A DNA stretch of 64,000 nucleotides from Octopus bimaculoides (lineage: Eukaryota), in NCBI RefSeq assembly GCF_001194135.2, contig NC_068985.1, positions 34,299,723 through 34,363,722 of the forward strand, in the 5' to 3' direction. Positions 53,801 through 60,959 of this stretch are shown here, piece by piece. How positions within the stretch are numbered: the stretch's first letter is position 1; the number at the start of each line of letters is the position of its first letter. A program made the translations under genes and the position numbers. A model generated the notes under the pieces. It saw only the letters and a list, made by a program, of their open reading frames with translations. It had not been told where the DNA came from and ran no database searches.

Positions 53801-56800
53801 ATCATTGTCATTCATCTTTGCGGTATCCTGCAGAAGAATATCATGAAAGTAGTCCCTCTGTTCATTTGGTAGGCCAACTTGTGGGGCAAGACTAGCCTGA
53901 GCTTAAGCACTCTATTGCACACTCTTACTACCACCATGACCATATCCACTCATTTCTCTGTAAGAAGTGTGCTTGCACCACCGACTCCATCACTGTTATC
54001 TTCCCAGAAGATTTTATACCTATGTGTCTTGCCTGTGAGGAACCTGGCTGAAGCTCCTCTCTGCCTTACCTCTTGGATACTGCATACATCAACATGGCTC
54101 CGTTCAAACATCTCAACAATCTCACTAGACCTACATTTCAATGTGCCTACATTGACAGTGCCAACTCTGAAAACTGGGAAAGGGACGTGGGAGGGAACAT
54201 GGGAAGGAGAGATGTTATTCAGCACCTGAAAAGAAGGTTTCCATGATCATTTGATAACAGACATTTCACATCAGTTGTTCTTGCTTTTAACATATCATCA
54301 TTCAAACATGTTAAAATTGTTACCCTTACTAGGGGTAATGTAAGCATAGTAAATATAAGTGTTATGAGCATTGTAAATATAAGTGTTACTGCTGCAAACA
54401 TAAATATAGATATACTAATGTTAAATTAAGTAAGTAAATGGGCAGCTGTTTGATTAGTCCATTATATATAGAGAGAGAAAGAGAAAGAGTGAGAGAGGGG
54501 GAGAGAGGGGAGAGAGGGAAAGAAGGTAGTAGGTGGTTTGGAAGGGAGGGAGGGACAGAGGTATGTAGGTCTTCTGGTGCAGAAGTGAGGCAGAGATATG
54601 TGGGAGTTTCCAGTATAAGGGAAGAGATTACCAGTATAAGAGAAGAGATTACTGGTACGAGAGAAGGGATTTCTGGTATTGGTAGTGGGGGCAAGAAAGG
54701 ATGGGCACATTGTGAACAAACAAAGGCTAGATTCACCACGCGAATTAGCAGCAAGAGGACAATAGTGAGGCAAAGAATGATAGAACACATGAGAATTATG
54801 TCAAGTATTTAAAGAGATATGATTCTAAAGTTATTAGAGAAAGTAATGAATTACAGGTTATGAAGTTATTCTAACTGAAGAATGTTAGCATGTTAGTAAT
54901 ACATGTTAAATGAATAAAAGAATGATGAAAAATTGAAAACTAGAGAAATTTCTTTACTTAGTGACTGGACATTTCACGTCGTGATATGATAGTGTCAGAT
55001 AGTAGGGCAAGATGTGAAGGTTTGGGATAAATCATGTGCAAAGGAGTTCTTTATATAATCTACAGCCAGAAGTGGTTAAATAAGTTGCTAGCTTCACCAG
55101 AAGAAAATCGAAATTGCAGCAACAGGACAATAGTGAGGCAAAAAATGATAGAACATATGAGAATTATGTCAAGTATTTAAAGAGATACGTTTCTAGAGTT
55201 ATAAGAGAAAGCCATGTACAAAGTCACGAAAGTCACCCACAGAGTTGATGTTCACGAGAAGAACAGAATCGATTTATGATAATTTATTGCCAGAGAAAAA
55301 AAGATGTAAAGGAAATATGAAAGGTTTAATGAAATATTTTGAAACAGGAGACAAAGTGCATTTTAAAACCTACAGAAATGGTAAAGAAGAATGGGAGGAT
55401 GGCCATGTAACCAAAAAAAAAAAAAAAAAAAANNNNNNNNNNAAAAAAAAAAAAAAAAAAGAAACTATCTAATTAAAGGACCATGTTAGGAACATAAGAG
55501 ACACATAAATCAGCTGAGGAATGGAGAAAGATTCCTATGGAAGTATTTTTTATGTATTTGATGTCCCAGTACCAAAAGAAATGGAGTTGGATAGAACCAG
55601 TGTGAGAAAACGGAAGCAGACTGAACACCTAGAGATAAGGCCCAAGTGAAAAAGAGACTAAAAAACAATAATAAATAAAATTTCTTTATTTCTTTGGAAC
55701 TGAAAATCTCAAAAGGAGAGATGTTGTGGTGAGAGTATGACACCCTCTGATGGAAATAGATGGGACCATTACATATAAATAGTAGCAGTCTGACATAATC
55801 AGCAGTTTGTAGTTTGGTCTTCAAAGTCCAGGTACAGGTTACAGTTCAAGTTAGTGAATTGGAAATATTGATTGTTGGCTTATGTGTTTATTACTGCTGC
55901 TGTTTTTATTTTGTATTGTTACAGTATATTCTTTATCTATCATCAACAATACCAACTGTACTATGATATTGGAGGTGTACGGATATAACAGTAAAATAAA
56001 CGTTTTCTAGCTCCTTTTCTGGTTGCCTGATATAGATCTTTGCCACTACTACTCTGCCCATCCTTCCAGGCTTGTTTCTTTGGTCTAATGGCCCTACGTA
56101 CTATGCTGTTCCATTATCCTATCATGTCACCTTAGGGCTGGAAGGGACTTTGCACGAGCCACAAATTTGGTCAGTAACCCTCATTAAGTTATTTATTCAA
56201 CCCCACCTCCAGTAAGTATAATTGATAGGGATTGTACATAACAAGATCTGAGAATGGTCTAAACTCGAATAGAAAGTTAATAACAATAATTTATATCAAA
56301 CTATTAATGTGTGTGTGTGTGACTATGAGACTATTAGTATCTTTTCTGGTAATATATTTAAATGTTATTTATATTTTTCTTTAATTCTTAAAGTCCTGGA
56401 TGGTGCTTATGATAATCTTTCAAAGAAACCTGAAGGTGAGCATATAGACATTTCCTAGATGCACTTCTATTCATTAACGCATATGTTAGCAAATACCTTG
56501 GCTCATTCCTTTTTTTGAGTAGAATGTACAGTGTAATAAAATATCTATGCATATATATATAAATAAAACTATCAAAATGTTAAATTTCCATTGCATGTAT
56601 AAGAAATGTCTTGTAAACTTTCTTATGTAACTCCATACTTTTGCACCCTTCACTGATAATCCAATTCATAAACATATTTTGTAAGTTTTATTTATACAAA
56701 TAAACAAAATAATTATATAACTAGTAATGAATTTACTAGACATTTGCTTGAAGATGAGACAAATAGTTTGGATGAGATTTTCAATGGGGAATATTATACA

Positions 56801-59800
56801 CTGAAATGAACTGTTTTTGTTGAGGTAACCACAATGAGTCCTGCTTTTGGATACCACTAGCATGAAAATAATCTTTAAAAATCTGTCACTAGACAGATTT
56901 TTGAACAGTTTCTCTTAATGGTAACATGATTATTTTAAAATATCAGTGAAATATGTTACAGAAATAGTGACATATGAAACACTAAGTAATATTAAATTTA
57001 GTCTATAGACAGCAAGGTGGTAGAATTATTAGCATGCCAGGCAAAATGCTTAGTGGCATTTCGTCCATCTTTACGGTCTGAGTTCAAATTCCACTGAGGT
57101 TGACTTTGCCTTTCATTCTCTTAAGATCGATAAAATAAGTACAAGTTGAACACTGGGGTCAATGCAATCAACTTCTCCCCTCTTTGAAATTGATGGTTCT
57201 GTGTCAAAATTTGAAATCAATATTAAATTTAGTCATACTATGTTCTGAGTTCAAATTTCTTTGAATGAAATTTCACCTTTGAACCTTCTGTAAATACCAC
57301 TGTTATATAATTTCTGTATTGAAATTAGCATTTTGCATGTGGAATATAATTTTTATTGATTTCTTCTTCTTCTTCTTCTTCTTCTTCTTCTTCTTCTTCT
57401 TCTTCTTCTTCTTCTTCTTCTTTTTCTTCTTTTTCTTCTTCTTCTTCTTCTTCTTCTTCTTCTTCTTCTTCTTCTTCTTCTTCTTCTTCTTCTTCTTCTT
57501 CTTCTTCTTCTTCTTCTTCTTCTTCTTCTTCTTCTTCTTCTTCTTCTTCCCCTTCTTCTTCTAATGTCTGCTTTCTATGCTGGCATGAGTTGGATGGTTT
57601 GACTGAGGACTAGTAAACCAGGAGGCTGCACCAGGCTTCAATCTGTTCTGGCGAAGTTTCTACAGCTGGATGCCCTTCTTAGTGCCAACCACTCCAAGAG
57701 TCTAGAGGGTGCTTTTTACGTGCCACCAGCATGGAGGCCAGTCAGGTGGCACTGGCATCGACCACACTCAAATGATGCTTTCTATATACCACAGGCACAG
57801 TTGCCAGTCAGGCGGCACTGGCATCGGCCACATTCAAATGCTGCTTTTTACATGCCACCGGCACGGATGCCAGTCAGGTGGTGCTGGCATTGGCCACAAC
57901 AATGATTTCCTCTTTGCTTACTTATATCAAATGAATTTATTAGGTAATACTATTCTTTATTTAAATACATCAATACGAAGATGAAGAACTTATACTTTAT
58001 GTTCAGTTTGATGGATTTCAACATAAAAATATTTAATACATTCTCTTCAAGCTATAAATATGTCCCTCTTTATCTAATGTTTTGAAGCTGTGGATGATCA
58101 TTATATTGAAGTTAGTGAACTCCAAAACATGTGCCTACAACTCCCTGGTAAGTATAATCAATATTGATAGCACACAACATAATCCCAAAATAGTATAAAC
58201 TTGAACAGAAAGCTAATGACTACACTTTATAACAATCTAAATATATTCTATCATTTTGTGTATGTATGTGTGTGTGCATGTGCATTCGCAACATACTAGC
58301 AACATATTTTAAATGTTATTTATAGTCACATTATTTATACTTTTATAAAATTTCTTGAAAACAAAGATGGTGCTTATTTCTAAGAAACTTGATTGTTAGC
58401 ACATAGGCAATTCATTAATAAAATTATAGTCCTTAAAGCAAGAGTTAACAAATATCTTAGCTTATCCTTTCTTTGAGTAGAACATACAGCTTAATAACAT
58501 ACATATGTTTTTAATTAGAAAAGTTTAAAAATGTGAAAATCCCATTGCAAATATAAAGAACTTGACTTCTTACACATATTAATCCATATTAATAATCCAG
58601 TGCATACATTTTTCATAATTTGCCATATTAAGTGTATACAGTGCTCAGGTGCACTACAACTTGTCAAAAGTGTGCATAAAGCATATGCAATATTGTACAA
58701 ATGTCTGGAAAGTGAACAGTGTATGAGTCAGATACATGTTTGCATGTGTATGGAGGGGAGAAAATCAGGTGTAGTGTTGGCGAATCTCAGGGAGCACGGA
58801 AGTTTTGAAGGATGCAGTGCTCCGACAACTAACAACTGATGCCAGCAGTTTGTTCCATACTTCAGCAACTCTTAGCATGGAAAACTGTTTCCAAAAGTCA
58901 TGGGAGCTGTGCTGTTTTCTGACTTTGTAAACATGACCATGGGTATTAGACAAGTGGAATTTGAAAAGGTACTCAGAGTTATTGTTAGTAAGATGGTTAA
59001 TAATTTTATGGGCGTCTGCCAAGTCAGCTGCCAGATGTCGGAGTTTCAATGTATCCATACCCAGGGAAGTAAGGTGTTCAGAATATGGCAAATGCCCGAT
59101 GGAGGGTATTCTCTTGGTTGCACGTCGCTGAACGGTTTCCAGACGATTAATATCCTGGGCAAGATAGGGGTTCCAAACCAGAGACACAAATGATATGCCA
59201 AATCTATCATAATTGATCTTTCTGTTTTTTCATAAGAAATAAATTTATGTTTCTCAATACATCTATGAGAAGATGAAGAGCTTATACTTTATATTCAGTT
59301 TGGCTGTATTTCAAATATATTTTCTTTCTCGATACAGGTTTATATAGAGATGTTTATATACAAAATATACATTATAATATATTTTTTCTACTTTCTGTGC
59401 AATATTGAAACACTTCAAATATCCTAACAATAAATACACCCATTTAATATTAAATTTCTTTTAGTTTTTGAAGATGAACATGCTGAAGATAGCGAGCCTA
59501 AATATGTATGCATGAAACAACCCAGTAAGTATGAATTAATATTGGAAGTACACAGCATGCCTTCAGAATAGTGCAAAACTTAAATAGAATGCTAACACTG
59601 ACTTTTTTCTGTTGATGTGTGTATGTGTGTGTGCACATGTATGCGATTATTTCAGTGTGTCTTTAATATTTATTCTGGTAGTATTAGCACACTTCTAACA
59701 TATCTTAAATATTATTTACAGCTATGTTATTTATTTTCCTTTATACTTCTTAAAGACTTGGATGCTGTTTATGCTAACATTCCAAAGAAACCTGATGGTA

Positions 59801-60548
59801 AGTATTTAAATGTATTGCAGGACAAGTTAGTAAAAAATTTGGCTCATTCTTTCTTTGTTGGTAGGATTGCAATTTAAACTTTGAAAATGATAGAATTCCA
59901 TTGAATATATGATAAACGTCCTGCAGGCATTCATTTGTACCTCCAATATTTTACCATTTTATGACTCCAGTTTGTAAAACTATTTTCTGTAAGTTTCAGT
60001 TGTACAACAAATAAACCAAATAATGATATAAGTAGTACTGCATTCACGAATGTTTTGTGTTCATTTTTCAATCTCTTGAAGATCTCGATATGCACTTCTT
60101 TTATGTAATTTCTATAAAAAAAAATTAGCATTTTGTGGATAGAAAAGAATTTTGAGTATTTTACTTTATGGAGGAACCTTCTCTCCAAACACTAAATTTG
60201 ATATGCCATATCTATCAAAACTGATCTTTCTGTTTTTTCATAAGAAATGAATTTATGAGGCAATATTTTTCTGTTTCTCAATACATCTATGAGAAGAGGA
60301 AGAGCTTATACTTTACATTCAGTTTGACTGTATTTCAAATATATTTTCTTTCTCAATACATGTTTATATAGAGATGCTTATATACAAAATATACATTATA
60401 AGATATCTTTACTACTTTCCGTGCAATATTGAAACACTTAAAATATCCTAACAATAAATACACCCATTTTATATTAAATTTCTTTTAGTTTTTGAAGATG
60501 AACATGTTGGAGATAGTGAGCCCAAATATGTATGCATGAAACAACCCA
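5756..60548 (+). CDS. Multi-exon Ig-superfamily type I membrane receptor (7 Ig-like domains + TM + repeated Tyr-motif cytoplasmic mini-exons); incomplete at both ends
   Basis: Exons with AG acceptors and GT/GC donors, all phase 1-1, join into one open frame. Ig Cys/Trp patterns, then a hydrophobic span followed by basic residues, then Tyr motifs. Architecture is nephrin/CD22/Siglec-like, but no orthologue can be named. Confidence 0.85.
6707..6990 (-). mobile_element. RTE 3'UTR/tail fragment
   Basis: (CAT)n tail plus the ggatgcccttcctaatgc block, next to (TA)n. Confidence 0.7.
7690..8500 (-). mobile_element. Penelope-like element: Asn-rich linker and GIY-YIG remnant
   Basis: KGILYRCKVTSEGQDNYCIGSIEKYIKRIANHENTFKN follows an N-rich linker, with frameshifts. 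Confidence 0.7.
10115..10480 (+). mobile_element. RLE-type non-LTR retrotransposon (R4/Dong-like) endonuclease end
   Basis: EHNMPDIVVWDRGAKVCTIIEVSCFTD..KEKEDIY..IIIGALG shows the PD-(D/E)xK RLE pattern. Confidence 0.75.
11900..12278 (+). mobile_element. Mariner transposase C-terminus and right end
   Basis: LGWEKIPHPPYSPNLAPSDYHLFRSLQNHL...GIKKLVNRWKEVVDNQGKYIDD*, ending at a TA. Confidence 0.85.
12659..12979 (+). CDS. Ig-like domain exon 2 (C2/nephrin-like)
   Basis: tatttcag|TT...T|gtaagc, 321 nt. LPKSVTIKAISDTVLVENQNKSYECLVTDTNLEFSVFWLITW...SKLTLHLNKKFKDLQCVAYF...LDMPIK. Confidence 0.9.
13608..13668 (+). ncRNA. Minimal type I hammerhead ribozyme motif
   Basis: CTGATGA (13619), gccta/tagg stem II, GAAA (13643), actag-t-ctagt stem III, GUC triplet (13655-13657). 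Stem I is only partly paired. Confidence 0.5.
13824..14035 (-). mobile_element. RTE 3'UTR/tail fragment
   Basis: (CAT)n tail next to (TA)n, plus the ggatgcccttcctaa block. Confidence 0.65.
15120..15600 (-). mobile_element. RTE ORF2 fragment
   Basis: KFNITKTKILVS...CKLWTHKRHSG...LEVVDNFCYLGDLISSEG. Confidence 0.75.
16200..17120 (+). mobile_element. RTE ORF2 fragment
   Basis: GRWPCSIYRKGVGRNSIRCTQCKLWIHKR; HISETWAMTVEDIRRLERNEASML. Confidence 0.8.
17170..18440 (+). mobile_element. RLE-type (R4/Dong-like) LINE remnant spanning an N gap
   Basis: KFGLEKCAKATLKRGK...YKYLG...KEYYRRVRSILKTEL; after the gap, QKISLLGTAHILCKTL. Confidence 0.7.
18500..19400. mobile_element. Cluster of about 5 decayed tRNA-SINE copies
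   Basis: Repeated gagttcaaattcc..ctttcatcct..gtcaat..aagtaccagt blocks separated by (ATT)n. The first copy is inverted. Confidence 0.65.
19642..19896 (+). CDS. Ig-like domain exon 3
   Basis: catag|AT...T|gtgagt, 255 nt. TPMKKITLNVLTAKVCAGTPMKFQCSWKGGNPPASVTL...IVKCLGSHITANVSYEKNITVC; CxxxGGNPPA is a nephrin-type motif. Confidence 0.9.
20270..21130. repeat. Internal tandem duplications upstream of the Helitron coding remnant
   Basis: aatagct.tataact block at about 20466, 20622 and 20883; gaagtgattttgtt.gtatggctacttgg block at about 20737 and 21009. Confidence 0.8.
21150..22810 (+). mobile_element. Helitron: PIF1-like helicase C-terminus and 3' end
   Basis: MFLRNLD..GHCN...LIPRIP...FTRKQFPVKPAFAL..NKAQGQTF...SHGQLYVALSRV. 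Terminal hairpin and CTAG|T at 22771-22810. Confidence 0.88.
23050..24206 (+). mobile_element. DNA transposon remnant, Chapaev3 (CMC)-like transposase C-half
   Basis: KIILPLLCIKLGIMKQFVKTL; LGTNMRINLHYLHCHFDKFLENSGDISNEQGECFYQ. Ends ...GTAGTG. Family assigned from recalled motifs. Confidence 0.55.
24765..25120 (-). mobile_element. tRNA-derived SINE immediately upstream of Ig exon 4
   Basis: ccaaggtgccatgcagtggcactgaaccc..tgtggttgggaagc is a reverse tRNA-like head, with an internal microsatellite. Confidence 0.6.
25168..25422 (+). CDS. Ig-like domain exon 4
   Basis: tttacag|CT...T|gtaagt, 255 nt. LPERIKIKSDEPFLEGQEGNLHCGTINGYSEKYNYRWNRN...LNNKVYTCYVSS...HWVNVE. Confidence 0.9.
26690..28260 (-). 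mobile_element. RTE LINE fragments (APE start and RT)
   Basis: LGIDEWLVRVMQVMY...VHQESVLISVL...WEILYADD. Confidence 0.75.
28638..30161 (-). mobile_element. Helitron (mostly in an N gap) with both termini
   Basis: Minus-strand A|TCTATATATATAAAA start with a (CTGT)n tract, FSHGQLYVGCSRVG helicase motif VI, and hairpin CCCGGGCAACGCCGGG followed by CTAG|T. Confidence 0.75.
32703..32951 (+). CDS. Ig-like domain exon 5
   Basis: tttatag|AT...T|gtatga, 249 nt. VPDITASEDVTLIENQASIVNCSAKGNPIPEV...VFCVANAKSTKHGNLTSRKKINILLK. Confidence 0.9.
33788..34080 (+). mobile_element. Penelope-type GIY-YIG remnant
   Basis: NVVYSI...MYIGETSRSIAE*...LYQHAKDHH...LRQIRECILI. Confidence 0.65.
34100..35185 (+). mobile_element. 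Ty3/Gypsy gag-protease-RT remnant
   Basis: EDYITYAGRVNRECEKFKLDELTPDMFRCLIF, then a degraded VKMQL protease region. Confidence 0.6.
35419..35673 (+). CDS. Ig-like domain exon 6 (GC donor)
   Basis: ttaaag|AT CCT CCT CAG..., ends CCAG|gcaagt, 255 nt. PPQVNINISEGMYNATIINCTASDGNP...SNTGTWECHVSN...YKIP. Confidence 0.88.
37712..38017 (+). CDS. Ig-like domain exon 7 (membrane-proximal)
   Basis: caccag|TG...GAAG|gtaagt, 306 nt. KPIFSS...GETVIFKQCFYSHPKSDVKWQKN...SLKIEDIKGNDFGIYVLTVENPIGKEVTIFTLRSE. Confidence 0.9.
38790..39320 (+). mobile_element. RTE 3'UTR/tail fragment
   Basis: ggttggcgttaggaagggcatccagctgtagaaac block and a (GAT)n tail, preceded by (TA)n. Confidence 0.7.
40511..41985 (+). mobile_element. 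5'-truncated RTE LINE
   Basis: LLYADDLALIAES...FRYLGDQVSSG through to the 3'UTR and (GAT)n tail. Confidence 0.85.
43866..44930 (+). mobile_element. CR1-clade LINE 3' part
   Basis: GVPQESVFGPLL...HADDIKLY...LQSDLD...DLGITVSSDLHW, ending in an (ATT)n tail. Confidence 0.85.
45939..46046 (+). CDS. Transmembrane exon
   Basis: cttttcag|AA, in phase with exon 7. ITEDFLVTTICCTVGSVLLLLITLRLLAYKFHKIR is a hydrophobic span followed by basic stop-transfer residues. Donor is AG|gttggt (phase 1) or 4 nt later TG|gtatgt (phase 2). Confidence 0.8.
46790..47575 (+). mobile_element. Chapaev3-like transposon left end and N-terminal Cys-rich region
   Basis: TAA|CACTGGAC start; PDNFCC...YFGCKVGDQDKRWVPPICC..C...PMV..NHVSDYYFC...SVPH. 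Confidence 0.55.
47930..48720 (+). mobile_element. pogo/Tigger-like DDE transposase remnant
   Basis: YNVDETELFWK...IPKNTTSLLQ...ISESWDEVKCITLNGA. Confidence 0.65.
49925..49966 (+). CDS. Cytoplasmic mini-exon A1 (Tyr lost, GC donor; may be inactive)
   Basis: ttcttaaag|AT...G|gcaagc, 42 nt, DMDTACMNGSEKTD. Homologous to A2/A3 with TAT changed to TGT. Confidence 0.5.
50238..50293 (+). pseudogene. Mini-exon B1, 5' part (donor missing; pseudo-exon or alternative terminal exon)
   Basis: gaatcag|TG GAA GAT CAT TAT ATT GTT GTT CAA AAC ATG reads VEDHYIVVQNMLHTYIFV*. Aligns to B2, with a deletion of about 9 nt; an RTE tail follows. Confidence 0.55.
51631..54230 (-). mobile_element. Decayed RTE LINE (APE, RT, 3'UTR)
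   Basis: FRVGTVNVGTLKCRSSEIVEMFERSHVDVCSIQE; GVHQGSVLIPLLFIIVL...LLYADD; (CAT)n tail at 51631. Confidence 0.85.
55722..55990 (+). repeat. 3' LTR of the Gypsy element
   Basis: Polypurine tract aaaaggagaga (55711-55721), then TGTTGT...ATAACA. No 5' LTR was found. Confidence 0.6.
56198..56222 (+). pseudogene. Orphan 3' end and donor of a B-type mini-exon
   Basis: caaccccacctcca|gtaagtataatt resembles the B2/B3 ends (caactccctg|gtaagtata, caaccca|gtaagtatg) and is followed by the B-to-A intron homolog and A2. Confidence 0.45.
56394..56435 (+). CDS. Cytoplasmic mini-exon A2 (YDNL)
   Basis: ttcttaaag|TC...GAAG|gtgagc, 42 nt, LDGAYDNLSKKPE. Confidence 0.75.
57010..57225 (+). mobile_element. tRNA-derived SINE
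   Basis: gagttcaaattccactgaggttgactttgcctttcattc..gatcgataaaataagtac. Confidence 0.65.
57360..57561. repeat. (CTT)n microsatellite, about 200 bp
   Basis: Direct reading of the sequence. Confidence 0.95.
57562..57900 (-). mobile_element. RTE 3'UTR fragment
   Basis: ctacagctggatgcccttc block plus gccagtcagg.ggcactggc repeats. Confidence 0.7.
58088..58147 (+). CDS. Cytoplasmic mini-exon B2 (YIEV)
   Basis: ttttgaag|CT...CCTG|gtaagt, 60 nt, VDDHYIEVSELQNMCLQLP. Confidence 0.7.
58361..58394 (+). pseudogene. Dead A-type mini-exon copy
   Basis: gatggtgcttat...aagaaacttgatt|gttagc aligns to A2. The acceptor AG is mutated (gaaa) and there is an 8-nt deletion; an alternative AG gives an immediate TAA. 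Confidence 0.65.
58765..59190 (-). mobile_element. CR1-clade LINE 3' end inserted between mini-exon units
   Basis: VWNPYLAQDINRLETVQRRATKRIP...LRHLAADL; same family as 43866-44930. Confidence 0.85.
59465..59524 (+). CDS. Cytoplasmic mini-exon B3 (YVCM)
   Basis: ttcttttag|TT...CCCA|gtaagt, 60 nt, FEDEHAEDSEPKYVCMKQP. An in-frame alternative acceptor lies at 59473. Confidence 0.75.
59756..59797 (+). CDS. Cytoplasmic mini-exon A3 (YANI)
   Basis: cttcttaaag|AC...GATG|gtaagt, 42 nt, LDAVYANIPKKPD. Confidence 0.78.
60489..60548 (+). CDS. Cytoplasmic mini-exon B4 (YVCM)
   Basis: ttcttttag|TT...CCCA|gtaagt, 60 nt, FEDEHVGDSEPKYVCMKQP; 56/60 nt identical to B3. Confidence 0.75.
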
Positions 60549-60959
60549 GTAAGTATGAATCAATATTGGAAGTACACAGCACGCCTTCAGAATAGTGCAA
60601 AACCTGAAAAGAATGCCAACACTAACGTTTTTCTATTGATGTGTGTATGTGAGAAGCCTTCTCTCCAAGCACTAACTTTGAAATGCCATATTAAGTAAAA
60701 TTAGACGTTCTTTCTCCTTATTTGTTCATACCAAATGAATTTATTAGACAATTCCTTTCCTTTTCTGAATACACCAATGAGAGGAGAGGAGGAAGAACTC
60801 ATACTGTACTCTGAGTTTGACAGGATTTCAAATAATTTTTTTTACCATTGAATATTTAGACATATAATACTGAAACGCCCTATGTAACCACCTTATTCTC
60901 ATACCCACTTGTTGGCTCTTGCTCTAGATGTTGAATGAGGTGGGAGAGACTGGTTTATT

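Larger units (their letters stand above)
51420..55990 (+). mobile_element. Ty3/Gypsy integrase and 3' LTR, split by a nested insertion
   Basis: ...SNGQVKRFVDIFRRTLRK...FLRVCRVTTPN stops at 51630 and resumes KSPTELMFTRR...GDKVHFK near 55230. Confidence 0.72.
49500..60900 (+). repeat. Degenerate tandem array of about 1 kb units (spacer - B exon - intron - A exon)
   Basis: Shared intronic blocks recur: tgatatgcca..tctatca at 59191 and 60199 (period 1008), ctctccaa.cactaa at 60181 and 60661, gaaga..ttatacttt..ttcagtttg at about 57980, 59275 and 60295, and caatattg..ag.acaca near 49680, 58160, 59540 and 60560. Confidence 0.85.

Noticed and set aside
56754-56809. Possible terminal exon DETNSLDEIFNGEYYTLK*
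   Set aside because: The acceptor is weak, it lies in intronic spacer of the repeat unit, and the frame is not preserved in the homologous spacer.
57319-57613. Poly-Phe and poly-Ser ORFs
   Set aside because: Translations of the (CTT)n microsatellite.
49500-60900. CRISPR-like or satellite interpretation of the repeated units
   Set aside because: The context is eukaryotic, and the repeats are diverged kb-scale duplications with splice sites, not short repeat-spacer arrays.
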